Of a stretch of DNA of 63,419 nucleotides, positions 29,962 to 38,663 are shown in pieces. The position numbers were made by a program, and so were the translations under genes. A model generated the notes under the pieces. The model worked only from the letters and a program-made list of their open reading frames with translations. It was not told the DNA's origin and ran no database searches. Each line of letters begins with the position of its first letter. The first letter of the stretch is position 1. The stretch lies in IMG/VR virus record IMGVR_UViG_3300026512_000011, positions 1-63,419 of that record; one strand, written 5' to 3'. This DNA is from a virus. Its lineage: Duplodnaviria; Caudoviricetes.

Positions 29962-29989
29962 AATATAGTCCATTATGTTTAGAAATCAA
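29962..29989 (-). promoter_or_regulatory. conserved phage promoter, copy 1
   Basis: TTGATT-TCTAAACATAATGGAC-TATATT; near-identical to 37766 and 60626. Confidence 0.7.
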
Positions 29990-31014
29990 CCTTTATTTAT
30001 AACAAAATACTTTTCATAAAAATCTTTATATTCAGGATATTTATGATTGATGTAAGTTGCTAATATGTTATTAGGATTAACATCAATATTTATTTCTTTC
30101 CTTGCAATATCTTTCTTTTTAGAAATAACTGATTGAGTCCATACTGGAGCTACTTCTTTTAATTCTGTTAATACTTTATCAAGTTTTGAGAAATTACTCT
30201 CATCTACAATTAACTTAATTGCATCTATCTGAAAATCATAGCTATAAATTTCATCATAATTTGAAAGATTAATACCTATTATCTTTCCACAATAATAATT
30301 TTCTATAAACTCATAATCCCAATTACCATCATTCATTGTTAATAATAATGCTCCATTTGGTAACTCTATTGATAATTCGGATACAGATTGTTGGTATAAA
30401 GAACCTACATAAATAAAATTCTTCCCTAATTGTGGCTTATGTATATGTCCTGATATTGTTAGTTTAGCATCAGTAGGAATTAACCCTTTTGTTATTTGTT
30501 CATATCTGTTATAGGAATATCCTACAAAATCATAATGAGTGAGAATTAAATTTATGTTTGGATTTGCTTTTGCCTCTTCATAGCTCCACCTGATAATATC
30601 TTCCTTATCGGAATAGGGAAGAAAATAAATATTATCAAGTTGATAAGATTGTTTTATTTGATAATCTGAAACTAAAATATCAATCATTGATGAATTTGAA
30701 TTAATAATATCGTGATTACCATTAAGAATTATTAATTTTGAATTTTGAGATTTACAAGCTTGATATAATTCATTCCATTTCTGGACAGCAGTAGCTATTA
30801 CTATGTTAGGGTTAATATTTAGATTGTGGAAATAGTCGCCTAAACAAATAACTAAATCAGGTTGTAGAATTTCTACTTGTTCTTTTATAAAATCAATTGA
30901 TTTTATGGCTCTTTCTAATTCTATTGTTATTCCATTTTGAGAATGTTTATTAAATACAGGAACAGAAGAATAAAGTTTAAAATGAACATCAGAGAAAATA
31001 AGAATTTTCATCAA
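29986..31014 (-). CDS. sbcD: SbcD/Mre11-like nuclease (T4 gp47-like)
   Basis: SDVH, LGDYFH, GNHD, TH, SGHIH..Q, YVGS motifs; near sbcC. Confidence 0.9.
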   Translation of the reverse strand: MMKILIFSDVHFKLYSSVPVFNKHSQNGITIELERAIKSIDFIKEQVEILQPDLVICLGDYFHNLNINPNIVIATAVQKWNELYQACKSQNSKLIILNGNHDIINSNSSMIDILVSDYQIKQSYQLDNIYFLPYSDKEDIIRWSYEEAKANPNINLILTHYDFVGYSYNRYEQITKGLIPTDAKLTISGHIHKPQLGKNFIYVGSLYQQSVSELSIELPNGALLLTMNDGNWDYEFIENYYCGKIIGINLSNYDEIYSYDFQIDAIKLIVDESNFSKLDKVLTELKEVAPVWTQSVISKKKDIARKEINIDVNPNNILATYINHKYPEYKDFYEKYFVINKG

Positions 31015-31034
31015 TCCTCCTTACATTTTAATTT

Positions 31035-31076
31035 AAAACAAGGAAGGAATTGTTTAATTAACTTCCTTCCTTGTTT
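31035..31076 (-). terminator. long hairpin / probable terminator
   Basis: AAACAAGGAAGGAA...TTCCTTCCTTGTTT 14-bp inverted repeat. Confidence 0.65.
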
Positions 31077-31084
31077 ACTGGTCA

Positions 31085-31366
31085 TTAAATTTGGTTTAAC
31101 AAAGTATCAATTAGAATCTTTCCTTTTTCAGTTAATTTCCATTTGCATTCACTATCATACTCTACTAATCCAGCTCTTCTTAATCTTTGAAGAGCTGATG
31201 TTCTTATGCTTCCTACATCCACTTTTAATTTTTCTGCGATATCAATTGATTTCAATCCTTCAGGATATTCAGACAATACTTCCATAACTGCAAGCGCTCT
31301 TCTGGAAATAAGAGCATTAACTAAATTTTTGTTTAGTTTCTTAAACTCTACTACTCTCTTTGCCAT
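31085..31366 (-). CDS. winged-helix DNA-binding protein
   Basis: DIAEKLKVD...LQRLRRAGLVE...WKLTEKG. Confidence 0.8.
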   Translation of the reverse strand: MAKRVVEFKKLNKNLVNALISRRALAVMEVLSEYPEGLKSIDIAEKLKVDVGSIRTSALQRLRRAGLVEYDSECKWKLTEKGKILIDTLLNQI

Positions 31367-31409
31367 CTTAACCTCCTTTATTCAATTTATTTAGCTCTTA
31401 AAACTCTAA

Positions 31410-31640
31410 TTATTGTCTAATAATTGCAGGAATAATTATTAAAACAAATGTAACAATAATTGACACAAAAGTAGTAACTGTAAAATCAGGAGGATTAACA
31501 AAAGTAAACATTTTATCCAATAAATACCACAGCCCATATATCATTACATCATAAATCAAAACTACCACAGCTAAAATAGCTAAAATAATTATAAAATCTA
31601 TAAAAACTTCTTTTGCTTTCACATTTTTCATTTCTTTCAT
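31410..31640 (-). CDS. small membrane protein with two TM helices
   Basis: two hydrophobic stretches; GGAGGT RBS. Confidence 0.65.
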   Translation of the reverse strand: MKEMKNVKAKEVFIDFIIILAILAVVVLIYDVMIYGLWYLLDKMFTFVNPPDFTVTTFVSIIVTFVLIIIPAIIRQ

Positions 31641-31735
31641 CTTATACCTCCAATTTACTATATTCTAACTTTAAATTTAAATCCACTAATCCAACACCAA
31701 AACAACTCTCACCTTACTACCCTCAACTATAAAAT

Positions 31736-32092
31736 TCATTCCACTTCATATAAACATTTCCCATTATAAGAATAAATCTTATCCTTTTCAAGCTCTATGC
31801 CAAGCAAATTTCCCATAATTTTTCCTTTTGTAATAATACTTGTTATAAAAATCGGTTTATTCGGTTCTGGCTTATCTCCATCATAAATCTTTATTCCTAA
31901 TTCATCTGCAAAGTGCGATAAAATTCTTATCGCAGATTTTCCTTGATAATTCTCTGAAAGAGAAGATATAATTTCTACTGCTTCTTTAAATACATCTTCT
32001 CTCTTCAACTGTTTAGCTCTTCTCCTCATTATCTCAAGTATTTTGTTTACTCCGATAAAAGAATTTATAAAAATTGTTTTCTCCATCTTCAT
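31736..32092 (-). CDS. hypothetical protein
   Basis: 118 aa ORF in the leftward early cluster. Confidence 0.6.
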   Translation of the reverse strand: MKMEKTIFINSFIGVNKILEIMRRRAKQLKREDVFKEAVEIISSLSENYQGKSAIRILSHFADELGIKIYDGDKPEPNKPIFITSIITKGKIMGNLLGIELEKDKIYSYNGKCLYEVE

Positions 32093-32103
32093 CCTCTTTC
32101 TAC

Positions 32104-32415
32104 TTAAAATCCATTATCTTTGCTATTAATCAATTTAATCTGATTTTTAAATTCTTCAAGTTCTGAATCAAAATATTTCATCATTTCCTCAAAAAGAAGA
32201 ATTATATACATCCTAAATCCAACTTTATACATCTCATCAAAATTCATCTTATCTACATTTTCAATTTTGGACAAATAATCATAAACTCCATCTTCAACTT
32301 TATTAACAATTTTTCCATATATATCCCTAATAGGTTTGGATAAATGATTATAAATTATTGAAGATATATCTTCTCCTATTGCTTCTACTACATCATAAAC
32401 AACATCTCTGTTCAT
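32104..32415 (-). CDS. hypothetical protein
   Basis: 103 aa, AAGGAGGT RBS. Confidence 0.65.
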   Translation of the reverse strand: MNRDVVYDVVEAIGEDISSIIYNHLSKPIRDIYGKIVNKVEDGVYDYLSKIENVDKMNFDEMYKVGFRMYIILLFEEMMKYFDSELEEFKNQIKLINSKDNGF

Positions 32416-32436
32416 TACTTACCTCCTTATTTCATT

Positions 32437-32850
32437 TTAAACATTAACTTTCTTAATGAGATTTAAATAATCTTCTAAAACTTCAAAAATTATATCCCTC
32501 ATTTTTATCTTGTCTTCTATTGGAATATCAAGCATAAACAATAAAAATCTAATAGTTGCAGGACTTATCTTTAAAAGCTTGCCTTTTCCCATACAATTAA
32601 ACACAATCATTCCTTCATTTCCTTCAGCCATAATATAAAAACCATCATAAGGCTTCCATTCTCCATTACTATAAACTAAAATTCCTTTTTCTTCACTAAA
32701 AGAAATTTTACAAGAACGAAATAATAATTTTCTACCTTTTATTTCATATTCTCCTTTCCCGACAAGTTTCCAATTATCTTTATTTACCTTTTCAAATATT
32801 TTCCATCTCATTCCTCTTTCTGATATTGCCATTATCAACCTAAAATTCAT
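32437..32850 (-). CDS. hypothetical protein
   Basis: 137 aa, GAGGAGG RBS, first gene of the left arm. Confidence 0.65.
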   Translation of the reverse strand: MNFRLIMAISERGMRWKIFEKVNKDNWKLVGKGEYEIKGRKLLFRSCKISFSEEKGILVYSNGEWKPYDGFYIMAEGNEGMIVFNCMGKGKLLKISPATIRFLLFMLDIPIEDKIKMRDIIFEVLEDYLNLIKKVNV

Positions 32851-32890
32851 TATTTATCCTCCTCAATTTAGATTTATTCTGTTAAGTCTA

Positions 32891-32919
32891 TATATAATTC
32901 CTAATTCTTATTTTGTCAA
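32891..32919 (-). promoter_or_regulatory. leftward promoter
   Basis: TTGACA-N17-TATATA upstream of the first leftward gene. Confidence 0.5.
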
Positions 32920-33219
32920 CTCTTATTCTAATCTATTTATTAATTCTAACTATAATCCCTATATAAGTTAAATTACATTTAATGTATTTTTTTCTATTAA
33001 TTTTCTATTTATTCTTTCTTTTTTCTTCTCCTTATTCTTTTAGAAATCCAATTATCTATTGGAATATATAAGTTATCTTAACTTCAAATTTATTTTTCCT
33101 AAATTATCATTAGGATTAAGTTTACTATAATTGAAATGAAATCTGGTATATATAATCTTATATCTTGTATAGTGTTTATTCTGATTAATGTTATTATTTT
33201 ACTCTAATTTTTATTTCTG

Positions 33220-33340
33220 TATATAAGTTATTTTTCTATGTGACTTCCTCCCCTCACTAAAGTGAGGGGCTTCCTGCTTCATCGTGGGAATAACTCCCAC
33301 TCCACAGGCTTAACTTCCCCGCAGTCCACGGGTAGGGCAG
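33220..33340 (-). ncRNA. predicted TnpB omegaRNA/reRNA: about 100 nt scaffold plus guide ATAGAAAAATAACTTATATA
   Basis: GC-rich stems overlapping the tnpB 3' end and ending at TCAC (33240); guide is the right flank; 5' boundary approximate. Confidence 0.65.
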
Positions 33341-34517
33341 ACTTTAACGGGTCTGCCAGCCGCTCTAACGCTATTCTAAGTATGTTTCTTGCTGAATTGA
33401 CATCTCTGTCTATTTCTCTTCCACACTTTTGACACCTAAAGACTCTCTCTGATAGAGAGATTTTCTGCTTATGCCCGCAGAAAGAACAGGTTTGAGTGGT
33501 AGGCTCAAACCTATCTATAAAGACCACAGGAATAAGGGTCGCAAGGTTTTTCAGCCTTACAGTTATTCCCCCTATTCCTGTGTTCTGTATCTGTTTGCCA
33601 AAGTATCCCTCTTTCCAGCTCTTGATTGAATCGTCCTGTATTGCTATAAAGGAGAACCCCTTGAGGTAGCTTACAACCTTATTGAGCGTGTCTTTCCTCT
33701 TGTTGTTGATGTATTCCCACTCTCTCCTGATTAGCTGTTTTGTTTTCCAGTAGTTCTTACTCCCTTTCTTCTTTCGGGATAAGGATTTTTGAAGTCTTAT
33801 GAGTCTTTTAGTTTCAGGTATATACCAGCTAAATTTCTCTCCATTTGATAGAGTTAGCTGGTGTTTTATTCCTAAGTCTATACCTATCGGCTCTTTTAAT
33901 TGCCTTTCTCTAATTTCTCTTATGACCTTTTCTTTCGGCAGGTAGCAAACTATGTGCAGGTAATATCCAGAGGGTTTCTTTATGAGGTGTGCTTCTGCAA
34001 GTTCTGCACATTCAGGTATCTGGTGAAGTCCTAAAACTCTAAACTTTTTCTTTATTCCTTGTATTTTTACTCTATTCCTATCTCCAGAAAATTTATAGGT
34101 TATCCCATACTGTTTTAACGGAATACTCCTTACTTCACTCTTAAACGAGAGTTTCCCCACTCTGATTCCTTTTTCCTTTGCTCTTTTGAGGGAGAAAAGA
34201 CTCCTCTTTACCCTTTCTACTATTCCCTGTTTCATTTGTGAGGATAACTGTTTTATTTCCCGCTTCTCAAAACCTAACGGCGTTTTTACTTCTACTGCTT
34301 TGAGTTTCCAAGTGCTTCCGTTTAATCTGTTTTCAATGTCCGCAATTACGTAGTTGTATAGCCATTTAGCTTCAAGGAATAACCTGTTTAACGTTTCTCT
34401 GTCTTTTGCAGACAGGTTTTGAAGTTTGACCTGATAGACACGGGGTATCTGTTCTTTCCTCTTTTCCCGTGTTTGCTTTAAAGTATTCCTTATCTTTTCG
34501 GCTTTTACCTGTTCCAT
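33279..34517 (-). CDS. tnpB: TnpB RNA-guided nuclease family protein with atypical RuvC-II
   Basis: GIDLG (D214), IAIQDD (Q294), CSFC/CQKC zinc finger, DRDVNSARNI (D372). Confidence 0.92.
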   Translation of the reverse strand: MEQVKAEKIRNTLKQTREKRKEQIPRVYQVKLQNLSAKDRETLNRLFLEAKWLYNYVIADIENRLNGSTWKLKAVEVKTPLGFEKREIKQLSSQMKQGIVERVKRSLFSLKRAKEKGIRVGKLSFKSEVRSIPLKQYGITYKFSGDRNRVKIQGIKKKFRVLGLHQIPECAELAEAHLIKKPSGYYLHIVCYLPKEKVIREIRERQLKEPIGIDLGIKHQLTLSNGEKFSWYIPETKRLIRLQKSLSRKKKGSKNYWKTKQLIRREWEYINNKRKDTLNKVVSYLKGFSFIAIQDDSIKSWKEGYFGKQIQNTGIGGITVRLKNLATLIPVVFIDRFEPTTQTCSFCGHKQKISLSERVFRCQKCGREIDRDVNSARNILRIALERLADPLKSALPVDCGEVKPVEWELFPR

Positions 34518-34524
34518 AGTTTAT

Positions 34525-34553
34525 AATCTATTCTACCAGTTTTTTCTTTTCAA
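34525..34553 (-). promoter_or_regulatory. tnpB promoter, probably giving a leaderless mRNA
   Basis: TTGAAA-N17-TAGATT then 7 nt to the ATG; no SD. Confidence 0.45.
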
Positions 34554-34767
34554 CGGCTTACGCCGTGTGCTGTATCTCTCCTTTAAAAAGGAGAGCGTTA
34601 GCACACAAATTTTTCGTAAATTTACTATTCTATTCTCTCTTTTTTCTTTTTCTCCTATTCTTTTAGAAACCAAGTTAAACATTACATCCCAACACCTATC
34701 TTAACTTTAAATTTTAATTTACAGGAAAGAGAATTAGAACAAACATTACAATAAACATTAATCATTA

Positions 34768-34776
34768 TTATCCACA
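34768..34776 (+). promoter_or_regulatory. consensus DnaA box
   Basis: TTATCCACA near the C-rich to G-rich strand switch. Confidence 0.45.
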
Positions 34777-35229
34777 AATTACTCACTAAACATTATTTCC
34801 TCTTCTTCTATCTTTTTTCATCTTTTTACTCTTTCTCAATCCTTATCAAATTAGCCTTGTCGTTTATCTATTTAACCTGTATTCAATTTTTTGGTATTAG
34901 TAAGTATTGGATACTTGGGAAGGATGATTTGAACAATACAGACGAAATATATTGATGTTAGGTTAGTGTAAATTACAAAATGTAAGAGATAAATAGCTTA
35001 TGTCTTGTAATGGGTTATTTAGTTTCTAAAAGAATAGGGGATTTACATAGAAGATAAAAAGATATAATAGAGATAACAATAATAGTAATTATCAGAGTTA
35101 TATTAGAATTAATATTTACAGAATATCAGGTAGAGTAATAAATTATAGAAATCAGAATAGATATTTTATACGATTTTAGTTATTATTTACCAGATTTTAT
35201 TAACTTTATCTGAAATACCTATAACTATC

Positions 35230-35257
35230 TTGACAGATTTTATATTGAGGATAAATT
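35230..35257 (+). promoter_or_regulatory. rightward promoter
   Basis: TTGACA-N16-TAAATT. Confidence 0.6.
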
Positions 35258-35293
35258 AATAGGTAATTAAAAGTAATTGATTATTGGAGGTGA

Positions 35294-37765
35294 TTGAAGT
35301 TGAATATGACATTAACCAAATCTAAAAAGACAAAAAGAACAAAGAGAATAAAAGTAGATTTTCCTAAACCTCAAAAGATTAAACGACCTAAATATTCCAT
35401 TTATAAAATCTTGGAAGATGTAAAGAATTATATGAAGAAAACTTATAGAAATGATATTTTAGAATACTCCAATGTTTTATCTCAAATAAACGAAGATGGA
35501 TTTTTAATTTCTATTGGAAATAAAGAGTATAGACAAAGAGATATTTCATTTAAAGGAATGAAAGAAAATATATTTCAGAAGATTGTTAGGAATTTTTCTA
35601 AAATTAGAATTTTACTTTCACAAGGAAAATATAGAGTTAAAAATGGTAAAGTCATTTCTTTAGATAAAGAATTAAAACCTATTGTATGTCCTTTTATTGA
35701 ACTTCCTAATCTTTTAACAGAAAAAGCAATTTTAAATAAAAGCGATAATGAATACTATATCGGCAATATAAGAGAATTTATAACTTTAAGAGCTTTTGAT
35801 GGAGAAAGAAAAAAAGGAGAATTCCTATTAAAGAAAGGTTTTTACGCTCTTTATATGTTTGATTTTGACAAAATAAATGAAATTCCTTATGAAGAATTAA
35901 TAGAAAGAATTACTAAAGTAATTTTTTTGATGAGGGAATTAGGAGTTATGTTCTTGTTTTCAAGGATTAGTAGGAGTGGAAATGGAATCCACATTCTATT
36001 TCCTGTATATATAAATTCTGATAATGATGATGCTTATGCAGTTGATAGAGAAAATAGACAATTACTTAAAAGAATAGCTAACGAATTCGGAGCTGATGTA
36101 TCTGTATATGATGATGCAAGAGTAGTATTTAATTCTCCTTATCCCAAGATGTTTGTTTATGTTAGAAAAAGAAAAGATATAAAAAAAGCATTACCTAATT
36201 TGTATGAGTTAAATGAAAGATTAAGAAATTTTGTCAAAGAATATAGCATATCTGAATATAATGAACACAGTGTAAATAATTCTAATGATAAAAAAGACAA
36301 AAGGAAAAGAGGGCGACCTCCTAAAACAGATAAAGTCCAACCTATTACTCAAAAAGAAATTACTAATCCCGAAAATCCTGCTGAACATTATTGGAGTATT
36401 AGGCTTTGTTTGTTTGAGAATACTACAATTCAACAATTTATTAACGATTATATGAATGCAGATATTTTCGGACATAAAAATTACATATCTAATTATGCTT
36501 TTAGGCAAAAATATGGATATGGCAGACAGCAACTTGAAACAGGAGCAAAAATATTAGCAAGACATTTAAAAGAAGAGGGAATAGTTGATGATGAAAGAAG
36601 AGTTTATTACGATAGAGCATTAGATACGAATGTAAAAGAAAGATGGATTTGTATTTCACTATCTCCTAATGAAAATTCTCCTTATGATATTTTCCTATAC
36701 ATAGATAACAATCTTATATTTTTCCAATCTCCTAATTCATTAAGACATTTAGGAGAATTAGCATTTTTTGTAGAAGGAGTAAAATATGTTGGAACTGATG
36801 AGGAGGGTAAGCCTATGTTTGAGTTAATTGAAAATTGCACAAAACCTTATCTTAAACCTGAATTTGCTCCACTTTTACTTGGAATTCTTTATAAAAACTG
36901 GGGAGTTCAAGTTCCTGAAGGATTTGAATACGCAGTAGCTTATAGAATGGGAGTTAAAGATTTGTCTATTTATGTAGCAAGAGGAGTAGCACTTGGATTA
37001 ATAGATGCTATTGATAGTGCAATTAATAAAAACCTCAAAGAAATAAAACTTGCAAAATTCATTCCTCTCCATTTAAGAAGAGGAGAAAAGAACAAACAAT
37101 TCAAGTCAATTATCAACTACATTAACGATAAATATTCTGATTTTATTGAAATTAAACTTAAAGGAAAAGGAAGAAAACAAGCCTACTATCTAATCATCAA
37201 AGATTCATTCAAAGAACAGCTATCTAAAATTAACAATATGCTTCTTCTTTCTGAAGAAATTAAAAAATCATTTATTGAAAAATGTAATGTATCAGTTGAT
37301 ATAATGAAAATAGATGCTGGAATAATAGATTTATATAGATTTTTATTCGGCTTAACATTTCCATATCATTTTGATTTGGATAATCCAGAAAGGACTTTAA
37401 ACAGATTAAGGGATGAAAACAAAACTTTTAGACAAGTAACAGACTTTTATAAAGAGTTTATAGATGATTTAAAGCAATTTATCAAAGAATCTTATAAAAA
37501 AGCTAAAGATTATTTATATGAAGTAGAAGGTGAAGAAAAAACAAGAGGATTGGATACATTCTTGATAGGAGTAATCCGAAGATGGAAAACCAAAGATGCT
37601 TATTATAGGTGTTTAGGGTTTTATCCAGAAGCATTGATAGTCAATAAAAGATTAAGAGAGAAATATGATTACGATGTAGTTAAAACATTTGAAGGATTAA
37701 CAAGGATAGATTTTAATCCTATTAAAGAAGTTCTTAAAGAAGATGAATATAATTACGATTTTTAG
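35294..37765 (+). CDS. AEP-superfamily primase/Rep-like protein with AT-hook
   Basis: MFDFD (DxD), SRSGNGIH (SxxGxH), DVSVYDDAR; KRKRGRPPK AT-hook; next to the origin-like region. Confidence 0.65.
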   Translation: MKLNMTLTKSKKTKRTKRIKVDFPKPQKIKRPKYSIYKILEDVKNYMKKTYRNDILEYSNVLSQINEDGFLISIGNKEYRQRDISFKGMKENIFQKIVRNFSKIRILLSQGKYRVKNGKVISLDKELKPIVCPFIELPNLLTEKAILNKSDNEYYIGNIREFITLRAFDGERKKGEFLLKKGFYALYMFDFDKINEIPYEELIERITKVIFLMRELGVMFLFSRISRSGNGIHILFPVYINSDNDDAYAVDRENRQLLKRIANEFGADVSVYDDARVVFNSPYPKMFVYVRKRKDIKKALPNLYELNERLRNFVKEYSISEYNEHSVNNSNDKKDKRKRGRPPKTDKVQPITQKEITNPENPAEHYWSIRLCLFENTTIQQFINDYMNADIFGHKNYISNYAFRQKYGYGRQQLETGAKILARHLKEEGIVDDERRVYYDRALDTNVKERWICISLSPNENSPYDIFLYIDNNLIFFQSPNSLRHLGELAFFVEGVKYVGTDEEGKPMFELIENCTKPYLKPEFAPLLLGILYKNWGVQVPEGFEYAVAYRMGVKDLSIYVARGVALGLIDAIDSAINKNLKEIKLAKFIPLHLRRGEKNKQFKSIINYINDKYSDFIEIKLKGKGRKQAYYLIIKDSFKEQLSKINNMLLLSEEIKKSFIEKCNVSVDIMKIDAGIIDLYRFLFGLTFPYHFDLDNPERTLNRLRDENKTFRQVTDFYKEFIDDLKQFIKESYKKAKDYLYEVEGEEKTRGLDTFLIGVIRRWKTKDAYYRCLGFYPEALIVNKRLREKYDYDVVKTFEGLTRIDFNPIKEVLKEDEYNYDF

Positions 37766-37793
37766 TTGACATTTAAATATAATGGACTACATT
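37766..37793 (+). promoter_or_regulatory. conserved phage promoter, copy 2
   Basis: TTGACA-TTTAAATATAATGGAC-TACATT. Confidence 0.75.
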
Positions 37794-37824
37794 TATAGGT
37801 AACAAAAGTTAAGGAGGTAGGAGA

Positions 37825-38448
37825 ATGAGAAAAACAATAAAGGAGAAGTTATTAGAAGTATCTCATTTAATTGTTATGTTTTTTGTAAGTGTTTTTATTA
37901 TTGTTTTATTTTTTAAACTTCAATCTACTGCCAATACTTACAAAAATGAAAAAATTGTTATAAATCAATATGATAAACAAGTCCAAATAAATATTTATTT
38001 ACCTGATAAAAAATTGAATAAAGTTTCAGATTTTATTTGCAAATCTAATCCTCATCTTTCAAAACAATATTGTAATTCTATTGCTAATACATTTATTCAA
38101 GTATCAAAAGAGCAAGATGTTCCTTTGGAAATTTTACTTGCAGTAGCATATACAGAATCAAAATTCAATAATATGGTTGTATCTCCAGCTAATTGTATAG
38201 GAGTAATGCAGATTAATTATAAAGTTTGGAAAGACATATTAAATATACCATCTGAAGGATTATTATTTGATGCTAATTATAACATCAGATTAGGAGCATA
38301 CATTCTTAAATATTATTACAATCAAACTAAAGATTGGGGCAAAGCTCTTTATAGATATTTTGGAATATCTGATTATGGTCATAAATATAAAATTAAAGTG
38401 TTAAATAAAGCAAATAAAATTAAAAAGGAATTGAAATCTAATGTATAG
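37825..38448 (+). CDS. membrane-anchored SLT lytic transglycosylase
   Basis: N-terminal TM; ESKFN, GVMQI, NIRLGAYIL, ALYRY motifs. Confidence 0.88.
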   Translation: MRKTIKEKLLEVSHLIVMFFVSVFIIVLFFKLQSTANTYKNEKIVINQYDKQVQINIYLPDKKLNKVSDFICKSNPHLSKQYCNSIANTFIQVSKEQDVPLEILLAVAYTESKFNNMVVSPANCIGVMQINYKVWKDILNIPSEGLLFDANYNIRLGAYILKYYYNQTKDWGKALYRYFGISDYGHKYKIKVLNKANKIKKELKSNV

Positions 38449-38453
38449 GAGGT

Positions 38454-38651
38454 GTGATTATGGGATTTAAAGAATTGAGAAGAAATTGTAAAATTAACGA
38501 CAAATGGAAGTCAAAATGTTCAGTTTGCCAATTAAACGAAATAGAAATTTCTAAATTTTCAAAATTTGAAAAGTCCCTTTGCAGTTGCGATGAATGTAAA
38601 GTTGATTTTATTTTTTACGTAAAAGAATACAGGATGATTGAATCTAAATAA
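38454..38651 (+). CDS. small Cys-rich (Zn-finger-like) protein
   Basis: CSVC and CDEC; AGGAGG RBS. Confidence 0.55.
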   Translation: MIMGFKELRRNCKINDKWKSKCSVCQLNEIEISKFSKFEKSLCSCDECKVDFIFYVKEYRMIESK

Positions 38652-38663
38652 AGGAGATATAAG

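Larger units (their letters stand above)
33240..34615 (-). mobile_element. IS200/IS605-family tnpB-only (IS1341-type) element, 1376 bp
   Basis: higher GC than flanks; left end after TTTAC with AACG-CTCTCC..GGAGAG hairpin; right end GAAG-CCCCTCAC TTTA GTGAGGGG..TCAC; no tnpA. Confidence 0.88.
32940..35229. repeat. origin-like non-coding region with degenerate direct and inverted repeats, interrupted by the IS
   Basis: TATTCTTTTAGAAA at 33033, 34656 and inverted at 35023; TATATAAGTTA at 32960, 33065, 33220; inverted blocks 33139-33206 versus 35131-35197. Confidence 0.65.

Noticed and set aside
4588-31394. Plus-strand ORFs in the left arm (4588, 6582, 7949, 9033, 15805, 16518, 19317, 19804, 20467, 30937, 31206)
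   Set aside because: Antisense shadows of well-supported genes, with no RBS and Ser/Phe/Leu-rich composition
31686-31739. 17-codon mini-ORF MNFIVEGSKVRVVLVLD on the minus strand
   Set aside because: Too short and unsupported; probably a gene remnant or chance
32940-35229. Possible CRISPR array associated with TnpB (Cas12f-like system)
   Set aside because: Repeats are short, degenerate and irregularly spaced; the element has ordinary IS200/IS605 ends
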